A DNA stretch of 64,000 nt. Source: an uncultured delta proteobacterium (GTDB lineage Bacteria; Desulfobacterota; BSN033; UBA1163). The stretch's first letter is position 1. Each line of letters starts with the position of its first letter. The DNA lies in contig CAVPSJ010000014.1 of NCBI GenBank assembly GCA_963708295.1, forward strand, positions 306,491 to 370,490, written 5' to 3'. The notes beneath the pieces were generated by a model that did no database searches, was not told where the DNA came from, and saw only the letters and a program-made list of their open reading frames with translations. Positions 50,798 to 62,528 of the stretch are shown in pieces. The translations under genes were made by a program, and so were the position numbers.

Positions 50798-53779
50798 ATG
50801 ATCTTACTTGACATGCGAACACTCGTCTTCAGCAACGTGGTCACCGACATCGTCTGCATGCTGGTCATTTTGCTGTTGTGGCATCAGAGCCGTAAACGAT
50901 TTGCAGGTACAGGCTTTTGGGTCTTCGATTTTGCCTTTCAATCGGCTGCGGCGTTTCTTATCATCTTGCGCGGCAGCATCCCGGACTGGATGTCCATGAT
51001 TCTGGCTAATACCTTGGTGATTGGGGGAGCTATCCTGGGCTATATGGGCCTTGGACGCTTTATCGGAAAGAAGATCTCGCAAGTCCACAATTGTGTCCTG
51101 CTGGTGTTTTTTGCCTCTATCCACGCCTATTTCACCCTTGTCCAACCCAGCCAGGCGGCGAGAAATCTCAACCTGTCGGTGGGGTTGCTGATTATCTGTT
51201 TTCAGTGCATGTGGTTCCTGGTCCATAGCATCGAGCCCCGTATGCGCCGGTTGACGCTTGGTGTAGGTATGGTTTTTGGGGCTTACTGTCTGGTCAGTGT
51301 CGTCCGGATCCTCGGATTTTTCACCGGTACGCGCGTAGCAAACGACTATTTCCATTCCGGCGCCTTTGAATCCCTTATCTTGATTTCTTATCAAATGCTG
51401 TTCATTCTTCTCACCTACAGTCTGGTGCTAATGGTAAACAAGCGCCTGGTCGTGGAGGTCAAGACCCACGAAGAGAAATTTGCCAAGGCCTTTCATTCCT
51501 CTCCTTATGCGATCACGCTTACCCGACTCTCCGACGGACAGATTGCCGAAGTCAACGATGGCTTTTTGAACATCACTGGATACCATTACGCGGAGGTTAT
51601 CGGAAAAACAACGGTCGATTTGCATCTCTGGGATAAAGAGGAAGACCGTGTGGTCGCTGTCAATGGATTGTCAAAGAGCGGCAAGGTGGAAGGTAGGGAG
51701 TTCCAATTTCGGAAAAAGTCGGGGGAGATGATCACGGGACTTTTCTCGGCCGACATCATCCCGATCAACGACCAGGAGTTTGTATTATCGAGCATCAGTG
51801 ACATTACCGAGCGCAAGCGGACGGAGGAGGCGCTGCGGGAGAGCGAGGAGAAGTATAGGAACCTTGTAAATTTCGCTCCTGCCGCTATCTATGAAATGGA
51901 TCTGCAGGGCTCGAAATTCTTAAGCGTAAACGAGGTCATGTGCGACATCCTCAGGTATTCAAGGGAGGAACTGCTTTCAACGAAGCCTACTGACCTTATG
52001 GACCAGGAAAGCAGATCGCTTTTCAAAGAAAGGATTAGAAAAAAATTGGCAGGAGAAAAAATAGACGAAACGATCGAATACCGTATCAGGAGGAAGGATG
52101 GCGAATGGATAGATACAGCTATCAACGTGGGGGCAATTACTTACACAGATGAAAAACCCATCCGGGTTGTGGTTATCGGACACGAGATAACAGAGCGGAA
52201 GAAAATCGAACAAGCTTTGCGGCAGAGCGAGGAGCGGTACCGGCACCTCGTCCAGCATGCGCCTGCGGGCATCTACGAGATCGATTTTACCACGGGGCAT
52301 TTCATTGAAGTCAACGAGGTTATGTGCCAGATCCTCGGCTACACGCGCGATGAGTTCCTTGCTATGATCGCCTTCGACATCCTTGACGATGAAGGAAGGG
52401 CCCGTTTCGCGTCGCGGATTCGCCTCGGACGGTCCGGAGGGCGGCCCGACGAGGCTGCCGAGTACCTGGTGCGGGCGAAGGACGGCCGCCTCATATGGGC
52501 ACTCGTGAACGTCACGTTCCGCTGGAACGGCGACAAGATCGTCGGGGCGACGGTGGTAGCCCACGACATCACCGAGCGCAAGCGGACCGAGGAGGCGCTG
52601 AAAGAAAATCAGGCTCTTCTGAAAACCATCATCGAGAGCACACCTGATTACATCTCCTTGAAAGACCGAGAGGGACGGTATGTCATGGTAAACTCTGCAG
52701 CGGCTGGTTCCCTGAGCTTATCAACGAGTAAATCTGCGACGGAAGTCATCGGTAAGAAGGATGACGACATTTTTCCCTCTGAAGTCGCTCGCCGGGTGAT
52801 GGAGGAGGATCGCCAAGTTATTGCTTCTGGGGAGATGAGATCCTACGACCAGTCGTTTACTATCGGCGATGAGGCTCGAACCTTCTCCACCGTCAAGAGT
52901 CCATGTCTCAATCCTGAGGGAACTGTTATCGGGGTGGTGAGCCTTTCGCGTGATATCACCGAGCGCAAGCGTGCGGAGGAAGAACTTCGCAGATCCCGTG
53001 ACGAGTTGGAAATACGGGTTCAGGAAAGAACCCACGAACTGAAGTCAATAAATGAAGAATTGAAAACAGAAAATGAAGAACGCCTCAAGGTTGAAATTGA
53101 ACTGCGGGAATCGGAAACTCGTCTTCGGCAACTCTCTACGGAACTTCTGAACGCTCAGGAAAAAGAAAGAAGGCTGGTTGCCCAGGAAATCCACGACAGT
53201 ATCGGAGCATCCCTGGCTGCCACAAAATTCAAGGTAGAAGATGTAATCACGAAAGTAGGTGAAAACCGTCCCCAAACAAGAGGCGCCCTGGGGAGCATCC
53301 TCCCCATGCTTCAGGAAATAATTCAAGAAACCCGGAGGATCCAGATGAATCTGAGGCCTTCTATCCTGGACGATCTCGGGATCCTGGCGACCATCAGCTG
53401 GTTCTGCCGACAGTATGAATCAACTTATTCAGCTATTCGCATCAGGCAGGAGATCGATATTAAAGAGGAAGAAGTGGCCGATTCCCTGAAGACAGTCATC
53501 TTCAGAGTCTTGCAGGAGGCCCTGAACAATATCGCCAAGCACAGCAAAGCAGGCGAGGTGCTTCTCCACCTATCTAAAATTGAACAGGCGATACAGCTTG
53601 TTATCCGGGACAATGGTCAAGGATTCGACCCGTCGGAGATACATTCCCGGAATGGTACGACCCGGGGGTTGGGACTTGTCGGTATGCAGGAGCGTGTCGA
53701 GCTTTCGGGGGGATCGTTTACAATAGAGTCCAGCCTAGGGACAGGAACCGTAATCCGGGCATCGTGGCCTTTATCGTAA
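50798..53779 (+). CDS. Membrane multi-PAS histidine kinase (about 7 TM + 4 PAS + HisKA_3)
   Basis: Hydrophobic N-terminus, four PAS/PAC units ending D/EITERK, EIHDSIG, QEALNNIAKH, DNGQGF. Confidence 0.93.
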   Translation: MILLDMRTLVFSNVVTDIVCMLVILLLWHQSRKRFAGTGFWVFDFAFQSAAAFLIILRGSIPDWMSMILANTLVIGGAILGYMGLGRFIGKKISQVHNCVLLVFFASIHAYFTLVQPSQAARNLNLSVGLLIICFQCMWFLVHSIEPRMRRLTLGVGMVFGAYCLVSVVRILGFFTGTRVANDYFHSGAFESLILISYQMLFILLTYSLVLMVNKRLVVEVKTHEEKFAKAFHSSPYAITLTRLSDGQIAEVNDGFLNITGYHYAEVIGKTTVDLHLWDKEEDRVVAVNGLSKSGKVEGREFQFRKKSGEMITGLFSADIIPINDQEFVLSSISDITERKRTEEALRESEEKYRNLVNFAPAAIYEMDLQGSKFLSVNEVMCDILRYSREELLSTKPTDLMDQESRSLFKERIRKKLAGEKIDETIEYRIRRKDGEWIDTAINVGAITYTDEKPIRVVVIGHEITERKKIEQALRQSEERYRHLVQHAPAGIYEIDFTTGHFIEVNEVMCQILGYTRDEFLAMIAFDILDDEGRARFASRIRLGRSGGRPDEAAEYLVRAKDGRLIWALVNVTFRWNGDKIVGATVVAHDITERKRTEEALKENQALLKTIIESTPDYISLKDREGRYVMVNSAAAGSLSLSTSKSATEVIGKKDDDIFPSEVARRVMEEDRQVIASGEMRSYDQSFTIGDEARTFSTVKSPCLNPEGTVIGVVSLSRDITERKRAEEELRRSRDELEIRVQERTHELKSINEELKTENEERLKVEIELRESETRLRQLSTELLNAQEKERRLVAQEIHDSIGASLAATKFKVEDVITKVGENRPQTRGALGSILPMLQEIIQETRRIQMNLRPSILDDLGILATISWFCRQYESTYSAIRIRQEIDIKEEEVADSLKTVIFRVLQEALNNIAKHSKAGEVLLHLSKIEQAIQLVIRDNGQGFDPSEIHSRNGTTRGLGLVGMQERVELSGGSFTIESSLGTGTVIRASWPLS

Positions 53780-53834
53780 GAACAAACGAAAGGCTTCCTT
53801 AAATATGTCACTTTTTTTCTCGGAGAATTAAGAA

Positions 53835-54239
53835 ATGGATTTCAAAGGAGAGGTCAAGTTAAAAGCGTTAATCGTTGAAAACAATGCTTTCTTTAGAAGA
53901 ATGCTTAAAGAAAACCTTCTTGCCCGGTTCCCTTCGATGGTTATTCAAGAAGCGGAGGAAGGGAAGGAAGCACTCCAAAGAGTCCAAGCCTTACAGCCAG
54001 AACTGATCTTTATGGATCTCCAACTGCCTGGAGAAAACGGCCTTCAGCTTACCAAAAAAATAAGAACAAGTCATCCCGGCACTAAAGTTATCATCTTGAC
54101 AGGTCACGATATTCCGGAATACCGGGAAGCCGCGACTCGATGTGGGGCCAACGCTTTTATTACCAAGGACTCTTTGAACGCGGGGCAGGTTGAAGAGTTG
54201 GTCAAATCTCTTCTATCGGAATTGAATAATCCCTATTAG
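53835..54239 (+). CDS. Single-domain response regulator (NarL-like receiver)
   Basis: LIVEN, FMDLQLPGENG, ILT, FITK. No output domain. Confidence 0.9.
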   Translation: MDFKGEVKLKALIVENNAFFRRMLKENLLARFPSMVIQEAEEGKEALQRVQALQPELIFMDLQLPGENGLQLTKKIRTSHPGTKVIILTGHDIPEYREAATRCGANAFITKDSLNAGQVEELVKSLLSELNNPY

Positions 54240-54709
54240 AGCAATCGGGTCTAACGTCTATTGGTAACCCGGGCCAATTTCATGGTAGAAGCGATAAAGG
54301 AGAGGACGAAGGAACTGCCTCTTTCATGGACTTTCAATTACGCTATCGCAGGGTCTGGATATCTGCTATAAACGTTGCGTTTCTAAACCTCCGAAAAGTC
54401 ATTATTTGAAGATCATGCCTTCCTCTTTTTCAACTCGATAGCCGGAGAGGGTTCTGGCAAGATATTCTCTGGTTACAGCTCCAATTCTTCACACCAGAAT
54501 ACTTGCCTTTTCCACTTCCTGATGTTCTTTAAATTCCCTCTCGCAACCGAACGTTTCAACATGACGTCGACACGAAGCCTCAAGACGTAAAGGCCTCAAC
54601 CATTTGACATTCTTGCCAATTTGTAATATCAAGAATACTGTTCCTGTTTTCTCAGAAGCATAAAGACCGATAACCACTGAAATAAAAGGAGAAGACTAAA
54701 GAGAAGAGC

Positions 54710-54818
54710 ATGGCCAAGAAAAACCTCAGTTTCATACCGATCCCTGCTCTCACCGTCATCGCAGCGGCACTCTACTTGTTGGTTAAGCCTTCCCTGTTTT
54801 ATGAACCTTCCTGGCTAG
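54710..54818 (+). pseudogene. Truncated N-terminal fragment of a membrane sensor gene
   Basis: MAKKNLSFIPIPALTVIAAALYLLVKPSLFYEPSWL resembles the start of the next kinase (WLPIPLLLAAII...YESPTLL), then runs into unrelated sequence. Confidence 0.45.
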
Positions 54819-54966
54819 GGTTGCGCGGCCTACGGCTCGTAGGAGCACGGAAGGTTAAGCAGTTTCGGTTAACACGATAGCGGAAAACGATTCTTTTTCA
54901 GGCTGCTGAAGAAAATGATTCAGCGGGCAATAGCCTGCTGCAAATGGATCTTAGGGAGGAGCTGCG

Positions 54967-57326
54967 ATTCCAACGATACAGCCCGAGGCATATCCCCAGA
55001 AGCCCGGTCAATGGGGCCGCCTGGCTTGGTTACCGATTCCCTTGCTGCTGGCGGCTATCATTGCGGCAAGGCTGGCTGGCCTTCGCGGTACTTACGAATC
55101 CCCCACGCTGCTACTCGTCTTGAGCTTCACCTTCTACACGCTGGTCTCGCTGGGCACTCTCTATCTCATCGGACGAAGTTTCCTGGCGTTAGGCTCGCCG
55201 GGACTGTTGCTACTGGAGTGCGGGGTGGTACTTTGGAGTCTGGCCGGCACGGTTGGAGACTTCGTCTCCCATGGTGACGCAAATATCAACGTTACCATCT
55301 TCAATACCGGCATCTTGCTGGCGGGGTTGTGCCATCTGGCGGGCGCCATCCTCGCGCTGAGGCCGCAGCGAGTGCTCCGCGCGAAGCCCATGTGGCTGGG
55401 GGCGGGCTGCGCGTTCGCCCTGGGTGCGCTGGTGGTTGGTCTCGTGGGCGGCGCTATCGGGCTGGCTGCCGGTTTTCTTCATCCCCGGCCATGGGGGCAC
55501 GCTGGTGCGCTACTGTGTGCTCATTTCGGCCATCGCCATGTTCGTGCTTTCCGCCGGCCTGTTGCATGCCAACCAGCGCGCGGCGCGCCTCCCGTTTACC
55601 TCCTGGTATGCCCTTGCCCTGCTGCTGCTGGCGGTGGGGCTGTTCGGCGTAATGATCCAGTTGTCCCTTGGCAGCGTCGTGAACTGGCTGAGCCGCACTG
55701 CACAGTGGCTTGGTGGGCTCTATCTGCTTTTTGCCGCCATCGCTTCGCTGCGCGAGTCACAGCTGCCGCTTCTTCCGCTGGGAAAAAAGTCGCATCCGGC
55801 GTATTACCGGGACGCCATTGCCGTGGCGGTGGTGCTCGCCGCGGCCGCCATACGCCTGTCCTTCCTTTCGGCGCTGGGAACGCAAGCCCCCTTCGTGACA
55901 TTCTACCCTGCCGTGATGTTCGCCTCAATTTACGGTGGCTTGCGCGCGGGCCTATTGGCAACGGTCCTGTCTGCGATATTCGCTGACTACTTCTGGATTG
56001 AGCCGGCGGGCCAGTTCGCCATAGGGCAACCTTCCGACTGGTTGGCGATAATGATCTTCCTACTGAGCGGCGCGATGATCGCCTGGAGTCTCAGATGCCA
56101 TGCACCTCGCCCGCGCGCGTGCCTCCGCGGCTGAGACGCAGGCCGTACTTGCCGCCGAACGCGCGGCAGCAGCGGAGGCGCTGCAGGAGGGGCGGGCGAA
56201 GCTGGAGGCTGCCTTGGCCAGCATGACGGACGCCGTGTTCATTTCCGATGTCCAGGGGCGGTTCATCGACTTCAACGATGCATTCGCAACCTTCCACAAG
56301 TTCAGAGACAAGGACGAATGCGCCAAGACCTTCGCCGAATACCCTGACATTCTGGATGTGTTCATGCCCGACGGGACACTGGCGCCGCTCGACATGTGGG
56401 CGGTTCCGCGGGCTCTGCGGGGCGAGACGGTCACGAATGCTGAGTACACCCTGCGCCGGAAAGACACGGGCGAAACCTGGGTCGGAAGTTACAGCTTCGG
56501 TCCGATTCGCGACAAAGACGGTGCCATCGTCGGGTCAGTTGTGATTGGTCGAGACATCACCGAACTCAAGCGGGCCGAGGAAGAGCTTCGCAGGTCTCGT
56601 GACGAGTTGGAGATGCGGGTTCAGGAAAGGACCGCAGAACTGGAAAAGGCGAATAAGACGCTGAGGGAACTTTCCTCGCGACTCCTGTCAGTGCAGGAAG
56701 AAGAGAGAAAGAGGATTTCCGGAGAGATTCATGATACCTTTGGATCTTGCCTGAGCGGAATTAAATTCAAGGTGGAAGATGTCCTGGAGCAGGTCGGAAA
56801 GGACTCAAACGCTATTGAGGGGTCATTACGCAATGTCATCCCGGTAATACAAGAAGGCATAGAGGAGTGTCGGAGAATGCAGCAAGATCTGCGGCCAGCG
56901 ATGCTGGACGACCTGGGCCTCTTGCCTACCCTGTCTTGGTTCTGTAGGAGGTACCAAACGATTTATGCCGGGATTAAGATCGACTTGGAAAAAACTCTCG
57001 AAGAAGGGGACATCCCCAATTCCTTGAAGATCGTTATTTTTAGGGTAACACAAGAAGGGCTGAACAACATTGCCAAGCACAGCAAAGCGGATCTTGTCCA
57101 TTTGTCTTTGCGGAAGATGGACGGGAGAATCCAACTTATTCTCGAAGACAATGGTCAGGGTTTCGATCTGGCAAAGGTGCTCAGTTTGGAGAGTACAAAG
57201 CGGGGATTAGGTCTAACGAGCATGAGGGAGCGAGTAGAACTCTCACGGGGTTTTTTCGCTATTGAATCTGCGGAGGGAAAAGGAACAACCCTTCGATCGT
57301 CGTGGCCACTAGGCGAAGATGGGTAA
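54967..57326 (+). CDS. Membrane sensor + DUF4118-like + PAS histidine kinase, two frameshifts
   Basis: Three ORF pieces join: multi-TM region, PFVTFYPAV...GGLRAG, PAS, EIHDTFG, QEGLNNIAKH. Extra bases near 55431 and 56087. Confidence 0.82.
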
Positions 57327-57424
57327 ACAACAAAGGCCAGATGGCGAGTACTCAAACTCATACGGTCGCAAAAAACTCGAGACCTTCTATCAGGATCCTG
57401 TCCACATCGTGGAGGATATAGAGA

Positions 57425-60044
57425 ATGATGAATAGATTTTACTCGTGGCCTATACGCGTCCATTTGACAATTTTGATCGCTCTGTTGGCGCTCCCATCCG
57501 TAAGCCTGATTGTCTATTCAGGAATAGCCGGGCGTCGCGAAGCAATATCCGGTGCCAAGGTTGAGTGTTTGAAGTTTGTCAACAGCGTTGAAAGTCAACA
57601 GCAGGCCATGGTTGCAGGCGCGCAACAATTAGTGACCGCCCTTTCTGTTATTCCCCAAATACAATCTCAAAATCCTGCTGCTACCAATGCCCTTCTTGCT
57701 GACCTTCTAAGAAAGAATCCCCAATATACCAACATCATTTTGGGCGACAGATCCGGCCTTGTCTGGGCATCAGGAATACCTCTCGAAGGGAAGTTGTCCG
57801 TGGCTGATAGAAAGCATTATCAGGATGCAATGCGTACCGGAATGTTTTCTTCCGGTGAGTACAGCATAGGCAGGGCAACCGGAAAGAGCGTGATAATGTT
57901 TGGCTATCCGGTAAAAAATATCTCTAATGAGCTGATCGCGGTGATAGGGGTCACTTTCGACTTGGATTATGCCCAGAAGATGTTCGAGAAGCTTAACCTC
58001 CCGCCCGGTTCATCATTCAGCTTACTTGATCATCAGGGTGTCATTCTCATCAGGAATCTTAAAGATCCCTTCTCGGGGAAGCTTGTGGGAAGGCGTGATA
58101 TCAGGGAAGAGAACTTCACCAAGATGAAGGAAGGACCAGATGAAGGGACTTTTGAATCTATGGGAAATGACGACAAGCCTCGTCTTGTTGCCTACAAAAA
58201 ACTAAGTCTTCCGCATGAATCAAAGCCTTATCTTTACATCCGTTCAAGTATACCGCTGACCTCAGCCACTTCGAAGGCAAACGCCGCAATGTTCAAGAAT
58301 CTCTCGGTATTTGTGTCGTTATTTCTTATCGGGCTGTTCCTGGCCTGGTTTATCGGGAAACGCATCATTGTGAACCCTGTTATGGTGCTGAAGCGGGCAT
58401 CCGAGCAATTGGCCGCGGGTACAGAAACCGTTCATGTGTCTCAAGTCGTGAAGGGCGGCGAACTTGGAGAATTGGCTCGTACATTCGATGGAATGTCAGA
58501 GGCTCTTGGTTCAAAGAGAGAATGCCAAGAATGTCGTTGAGGCGGCTCTGCGCGAAAGCGAGCAACGGTGGGCCACCACCCTGGCGAGTGTCGGTGATGC
58601 GGTTATTGCCACCGACGTTGAAGGAAAGATCACGTTCATGAACGCTACGGCGGAAGAATTGACGGGTTGGACAATCAGCGAGTCCGCTATGAAGCCGGCG
58701 ACCGTGGTCTTCAATATTATCAACGAGCAGACCCGCGCGCAAGTTGAGAGCCCTATCACCAAGGTCCTCCGAGAAGGGTCGGTCGTCGGTCTTGCGAATC
58801 ACACGATCCTGGTGAGAAAGGACGGGACAGAAGTTCCCATTGATGATAGTGGAGCGCCGATAAGAGACAGGGAGGGCAAGACTTTGGGCGTCGTGCTCGT
58901 CTTCCACGACATCACCGAACGCAAACAGGCCGAGAGGGTATTGCGGGAGAGTGAGGGGCGACTCCGCCGTTTTTATGAATCCGGCCTGTTCGGCGTAATC
59001 TACTGGAACATGAACGGCGAGATTACGGATGCCAATGATAAGTTCCTGGAAATGGTTGGCTACGATCGGGAGGACCTGGCGGCTGGCCGAATCGATTGGG
59101 AGCACATAACCCCGCCGGAGTATCGGCATCTGGATGAAAACTCTGTTGCAGAACTGAAAGCCACAGGTGTGAACAAGGCGCCCTTCGAGAAGGAATATAT
59201 ACGCAAGGATGGTACGCGCATTCCAATCATCGTTGCTGGCGCCATGCTGGATGAGGCCCGTTTCAACGGGGTAGCATTCGTTCTGGACATCACCGAGCGC
59301 AAGCGGGCCGAGGACGCCCTCAAACAGCGGACATTGGAGCTTCAACATCTGACTGAGACGCTTGAAGAGCGCGTGAAGGAAAGGACTGCGGAGCTCGCCC
59401 ATCTTTCTTCCCGACTTGTTTTTGCCCAGGAGAACGAGAGAAAGCGGGTATCTTATAATCTCCACGATAACGCCCAGCAAGATCTGCTGGCGATTCGGTT
59501 TGACATTGAAAACCTTTTTTCTGGTCAAGATGATTCGGCAACTTTACAAAGCAAATCGAAAAGAGTGATGGCGACCATTCTCGATACGGTTGGGAAAATT
59601 CGTTCTATGCAGGGAGATCTATGGCCCTATGTCCTCGACGACATCGGCATCTTGGCCACGATAGACTGGTATTGCCGGGAATTTGAAAAGAACCATGCAG
59701 GTCTGACCATTGAGAGAGAGGATGGCCTCTCCGAAAATGAAATCCCTTCATCGACAAAGATCGTGATCTATAGAATCTTGCAGGAAACACTGAGCAATGT
59801 CGCGAAACACAGCCAGGCGAGCCGTGTCACTCTGCGCCTCAAGAAGATAGACAGCCGAATGGAATTTACCGTTGAGGATAACGGCATTGGTTTTGACTTG
59901 GCGGAGGCGATTGTTGGAAGTAGTCCCTTGGTAGGATTGGGGCTTTTGAGTATAAAGGCACGAACGGAACTTTCAGGCGGACACTTCGGAGTTGAACCGG
60001 TTACGGGCAAAGGGACAACAGTTCGTGCCTCCTGGCCCATTTGA
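57425..60044 (+). CDS. Cache + HAMP + 2 PAS histidine kinase (HisKA_3), one frameshift
   Basis: TM-Cache-TM, HAMP (GELGELARTFDGM), two PAS domains, NLHDNAQ, QETLSNVAKH. Extra T near 58508. Confidence 0.86.
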
Positions 60045-60886
60045 TTCCAATATTGAACCCGAATCCATGATTTCTACCGGAAATCTTGGATTCTTAAAGC
60101 ACGCCTCGATTGAAAATAAGTAAGTGCAACGTTGAACGAATAGGGAGAGTTTTGGTACTCACCAATCTGATAATCCCTAATAGCCCTCCTCCTAATTCTT
60201 CTTTTGAGGTAAGGGGCTTACAAGTAAGTTCCCCAATCCTGCCTTCGTCTATTTAATTAGCTCAACAGGCTTGTCCCTTAAAATCGGGATCCTCCTATTT
60301 TCCGAGGAGCATCCGCTGATTATGGGGTGAAGTCTTCAGAGGGAATCTTCTGAGTAGGGCATCTGCATGGAAAGAAAAGGCGATAACCCTATACCTTTTG
60401 AAAAAAAATCTTCAGCCTTTGGGATATCCCCTGTTAATCCGTTGCGGGTCTGCTTGCCTACTTCTTAGGCAATCAAGGGGTCTATGATGCGATGTTGCTT
60501 CGTCAATGAAACGCCACTCTTTCCTTCCGATGCAGATTTCAACCAGATATCTTCAGTTTGGGGAAAGTGCAGGAGTGGCAAGAAATCTTTAGCCTTCTGC
60601 GGGTCAGTACCTGACTAATTTCGGACCGTTGCTTCTTTCCTTGTCTATTCAAGTCAAGTGTCCCCTTATTGTGGGAGGGATGGAAACTCTAAATGTGAGG
60701 GGCAGGAGAACTTATTAGGAAGGAAGATTCTTTTCCTAGGCTGAACCTTCCGGGCACTACTTGCCCTCGGGTTGACCATCCGCAGGTCACCGATTTACAG
60801 AATTTTTGTAGATGAGAAGCATTACTTGACATTGTTATAAGGTTATTCTATTAGATTGTTGCAATCGGTACGGAGAACTCTCAGCG

Positions 60887-60970
60887 ATGGCACTTGATCA
60901 AGGTCCGACTCCACTCTACGATCAGCTCAAAAATATCTTAGAGTCAAGAATCCTCTCGAACTATACTTAA
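60887..60970 (+). pseudogene. Remnant of a GntR/HutC-family regulator N-terminus
   Basis: MALDQGPTPLYDQLKNILESRILS then a stop. SD ggag and upstream TTGACA (60826-60831). Confidence 0.6.
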
Positions 60971-61115
60971 GAGGTAAATCAGAGCAACGTGCACCATGTT
61001 GAATCAGCAGAGTTACTAATAATGAAAATAGGATAAATATTCAAAGACATAATAATTTATCAATCCAGCAGAAATTATAAAAATACAAATACAAAGGGAT
61101 AAAGGAGGTTAGGAA

Positions 61116-62450
61116 ATGGCAATATTTGATGAATACAAACGTTACCCCGATGTTCACCCCAATATTATCTTAAAGACAGATTTGGTACGGTTGGGTATAA
61201 AAATCGGCAAAGGGGCTTCAAAGCGATTTCAAGAACTAGATGACTTAGCTTGGAAGGGATACCACTTTTTCTCCTATGATCGGCAGGACACACGAGTCTT
61301 TTCAGATAAAGTTCCTATGCAGTTGCGGCTAGAGGATGGTTGTCCCGTACAACTAGAGACAGATGCAAGTTCTCGATACGTGCTTGACTTCGTAGACAAT
61401 GATTTCACCATAACTGAAAATGGCGAAACAATCGCCAAGAATGTCTATTTTTCCCACAAACCCCGGTGGTATGGTATGAAGTTGGAAGACGGGACGCCCA
61501 TGGAGGCTATCTGTCAGGGCCTCGGGGATAAAGTCGTATTTATTATATTTAATAATTATTGTGAGTTTTGGAATACGAAAGACCAGTGTCTCTTCTGCAA
61601 TATCAATGTAACGTTGAAGGACCAAAGGGCAGGGGGCGAGTATTCCGTCGCTCGAAAAACCGCCGATCAGATCGCCGAGGTACTGGCGACCGCCCTTTCC
61701 ATAGACCCTCTCTACGAAAGATTCATTATCGTATCGGGGGGGACAATCCTGGACAAATACCAGGGGCAGACTGAGCTGGAATTCTTCTGCAGTCGTCTGA
61801 CTGCCATGAAGAAAAAGCTGGGGGCGGCCCCTCCTCTCACCCTGCAGATCGGTGCCCAGACGGATGAGAACTGGAAGGTGATTCGCGATACCGGAATCGT
61901 CACCTCCGTCGAACCCAATATGGAAGTCTGGGACAGGAAATTGTTTGAGTGGATCTGCCCCGGGAAAAATAAATTTGTCGGGTATGATGAATGGATAAGG
62001 CGGATGATCAAAGCAGTAGATATTTTTGGTCCGCGGATGGTCAATCCCAATTTCGTCCTCGGGGTTGAGATGGCAAAGCCATATGGATTTACAGATGTCA
62101 GTACAGCAGTTAAGTCACTGGCAAATGGTTGGGATTACCTGATGGGCCATGGAATACTCCCGAGACATCGCTTCTGGTTTATCGAGAAAGGCTCCGCTTT
62201 TGGCGACCAGACGCCACCGCCTCTCGAGTACTACATGGAAACCCAAAAAGCATACTTTGAGTTGAGACAGAAGCATAACATGGAAATGCCGTATGCAACG
62301 CAAATGGGCGGTTTTTGCAGCTATGTTCCCAGTTGTCAAATGGATTGGGAATATTACCATGGCACGGGGACTCTCTCCAAAAAGACATTGGAGGCAAGAG
62401 GGTACAAAGGGATACCTGATTTCGAGAAGTCAATGTCCTCGAGAAGATAA
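61116..62450 (+). CDS. Radical SAM-like protein with a CX8CX2C motif
   Basis: YCEFWNTKDQCLFC, VSGG, NMEVWD...ICPGK, FVLGVE. SD aggagg. Confidence 0.8.
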   Translation: MAIFDEYKRYPDVHPNIILKTDLVRLGIKIGKGASKRFQELDDLAWKGYHFFSYDRQDTRVFSDKVPMQLRLEDGCPVQLETDASSRYVLDFVDNDFTITENGETIAKNVYFSHKPRWYGMKLEDGTPMEAICQGLGDKVVFIIFNNYCEFWNTKDQCLFCNINVTLKDQRAGGEYSVARKTADQIAEVLATALSIDPLYERFIIVSGGTILDKYQGQTELEFFCSRLTAMKKKLGAAPPLTLQIGAQTDENWKVIRDTGIVTSVEPNMEVWDRKLFEWICPGKNKFVGYDEWIRRMIKAVDIFGPRMVNPNFVLGVEMAKPYGFTDVSTAVKSLANGWDYLMGHGILPRHRFWFIEKGSAFGDQTPPPLEYYMETQKAYFELRQKHNMEMPYATQMGGFCSYVPSCQMDWEYYHGTGTLSKKTLEARGYKGIPDFEKSMSSRR

Positions 62451-62528
62451 TGTCCTGAGGACGTGTATTCAAAAGGACGGATGAGTACCAGTTTGGTCAT
62501 AGGTTTGGATAAAGAGGAAACCTCAACC

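Noticed and set aside
50798-59320. Near-identical nucleotide repeats gacatcaccgagcgcaagcgg
   Set aside because: They encode the DITERKR end of PAC motifs in multi-PAS kinases and are not a separate repeat system.
58380-59528. 382-aa minus-strand ORF
   Set aside because: Antisense shadow of the PAS kinase, with no independent motifs.
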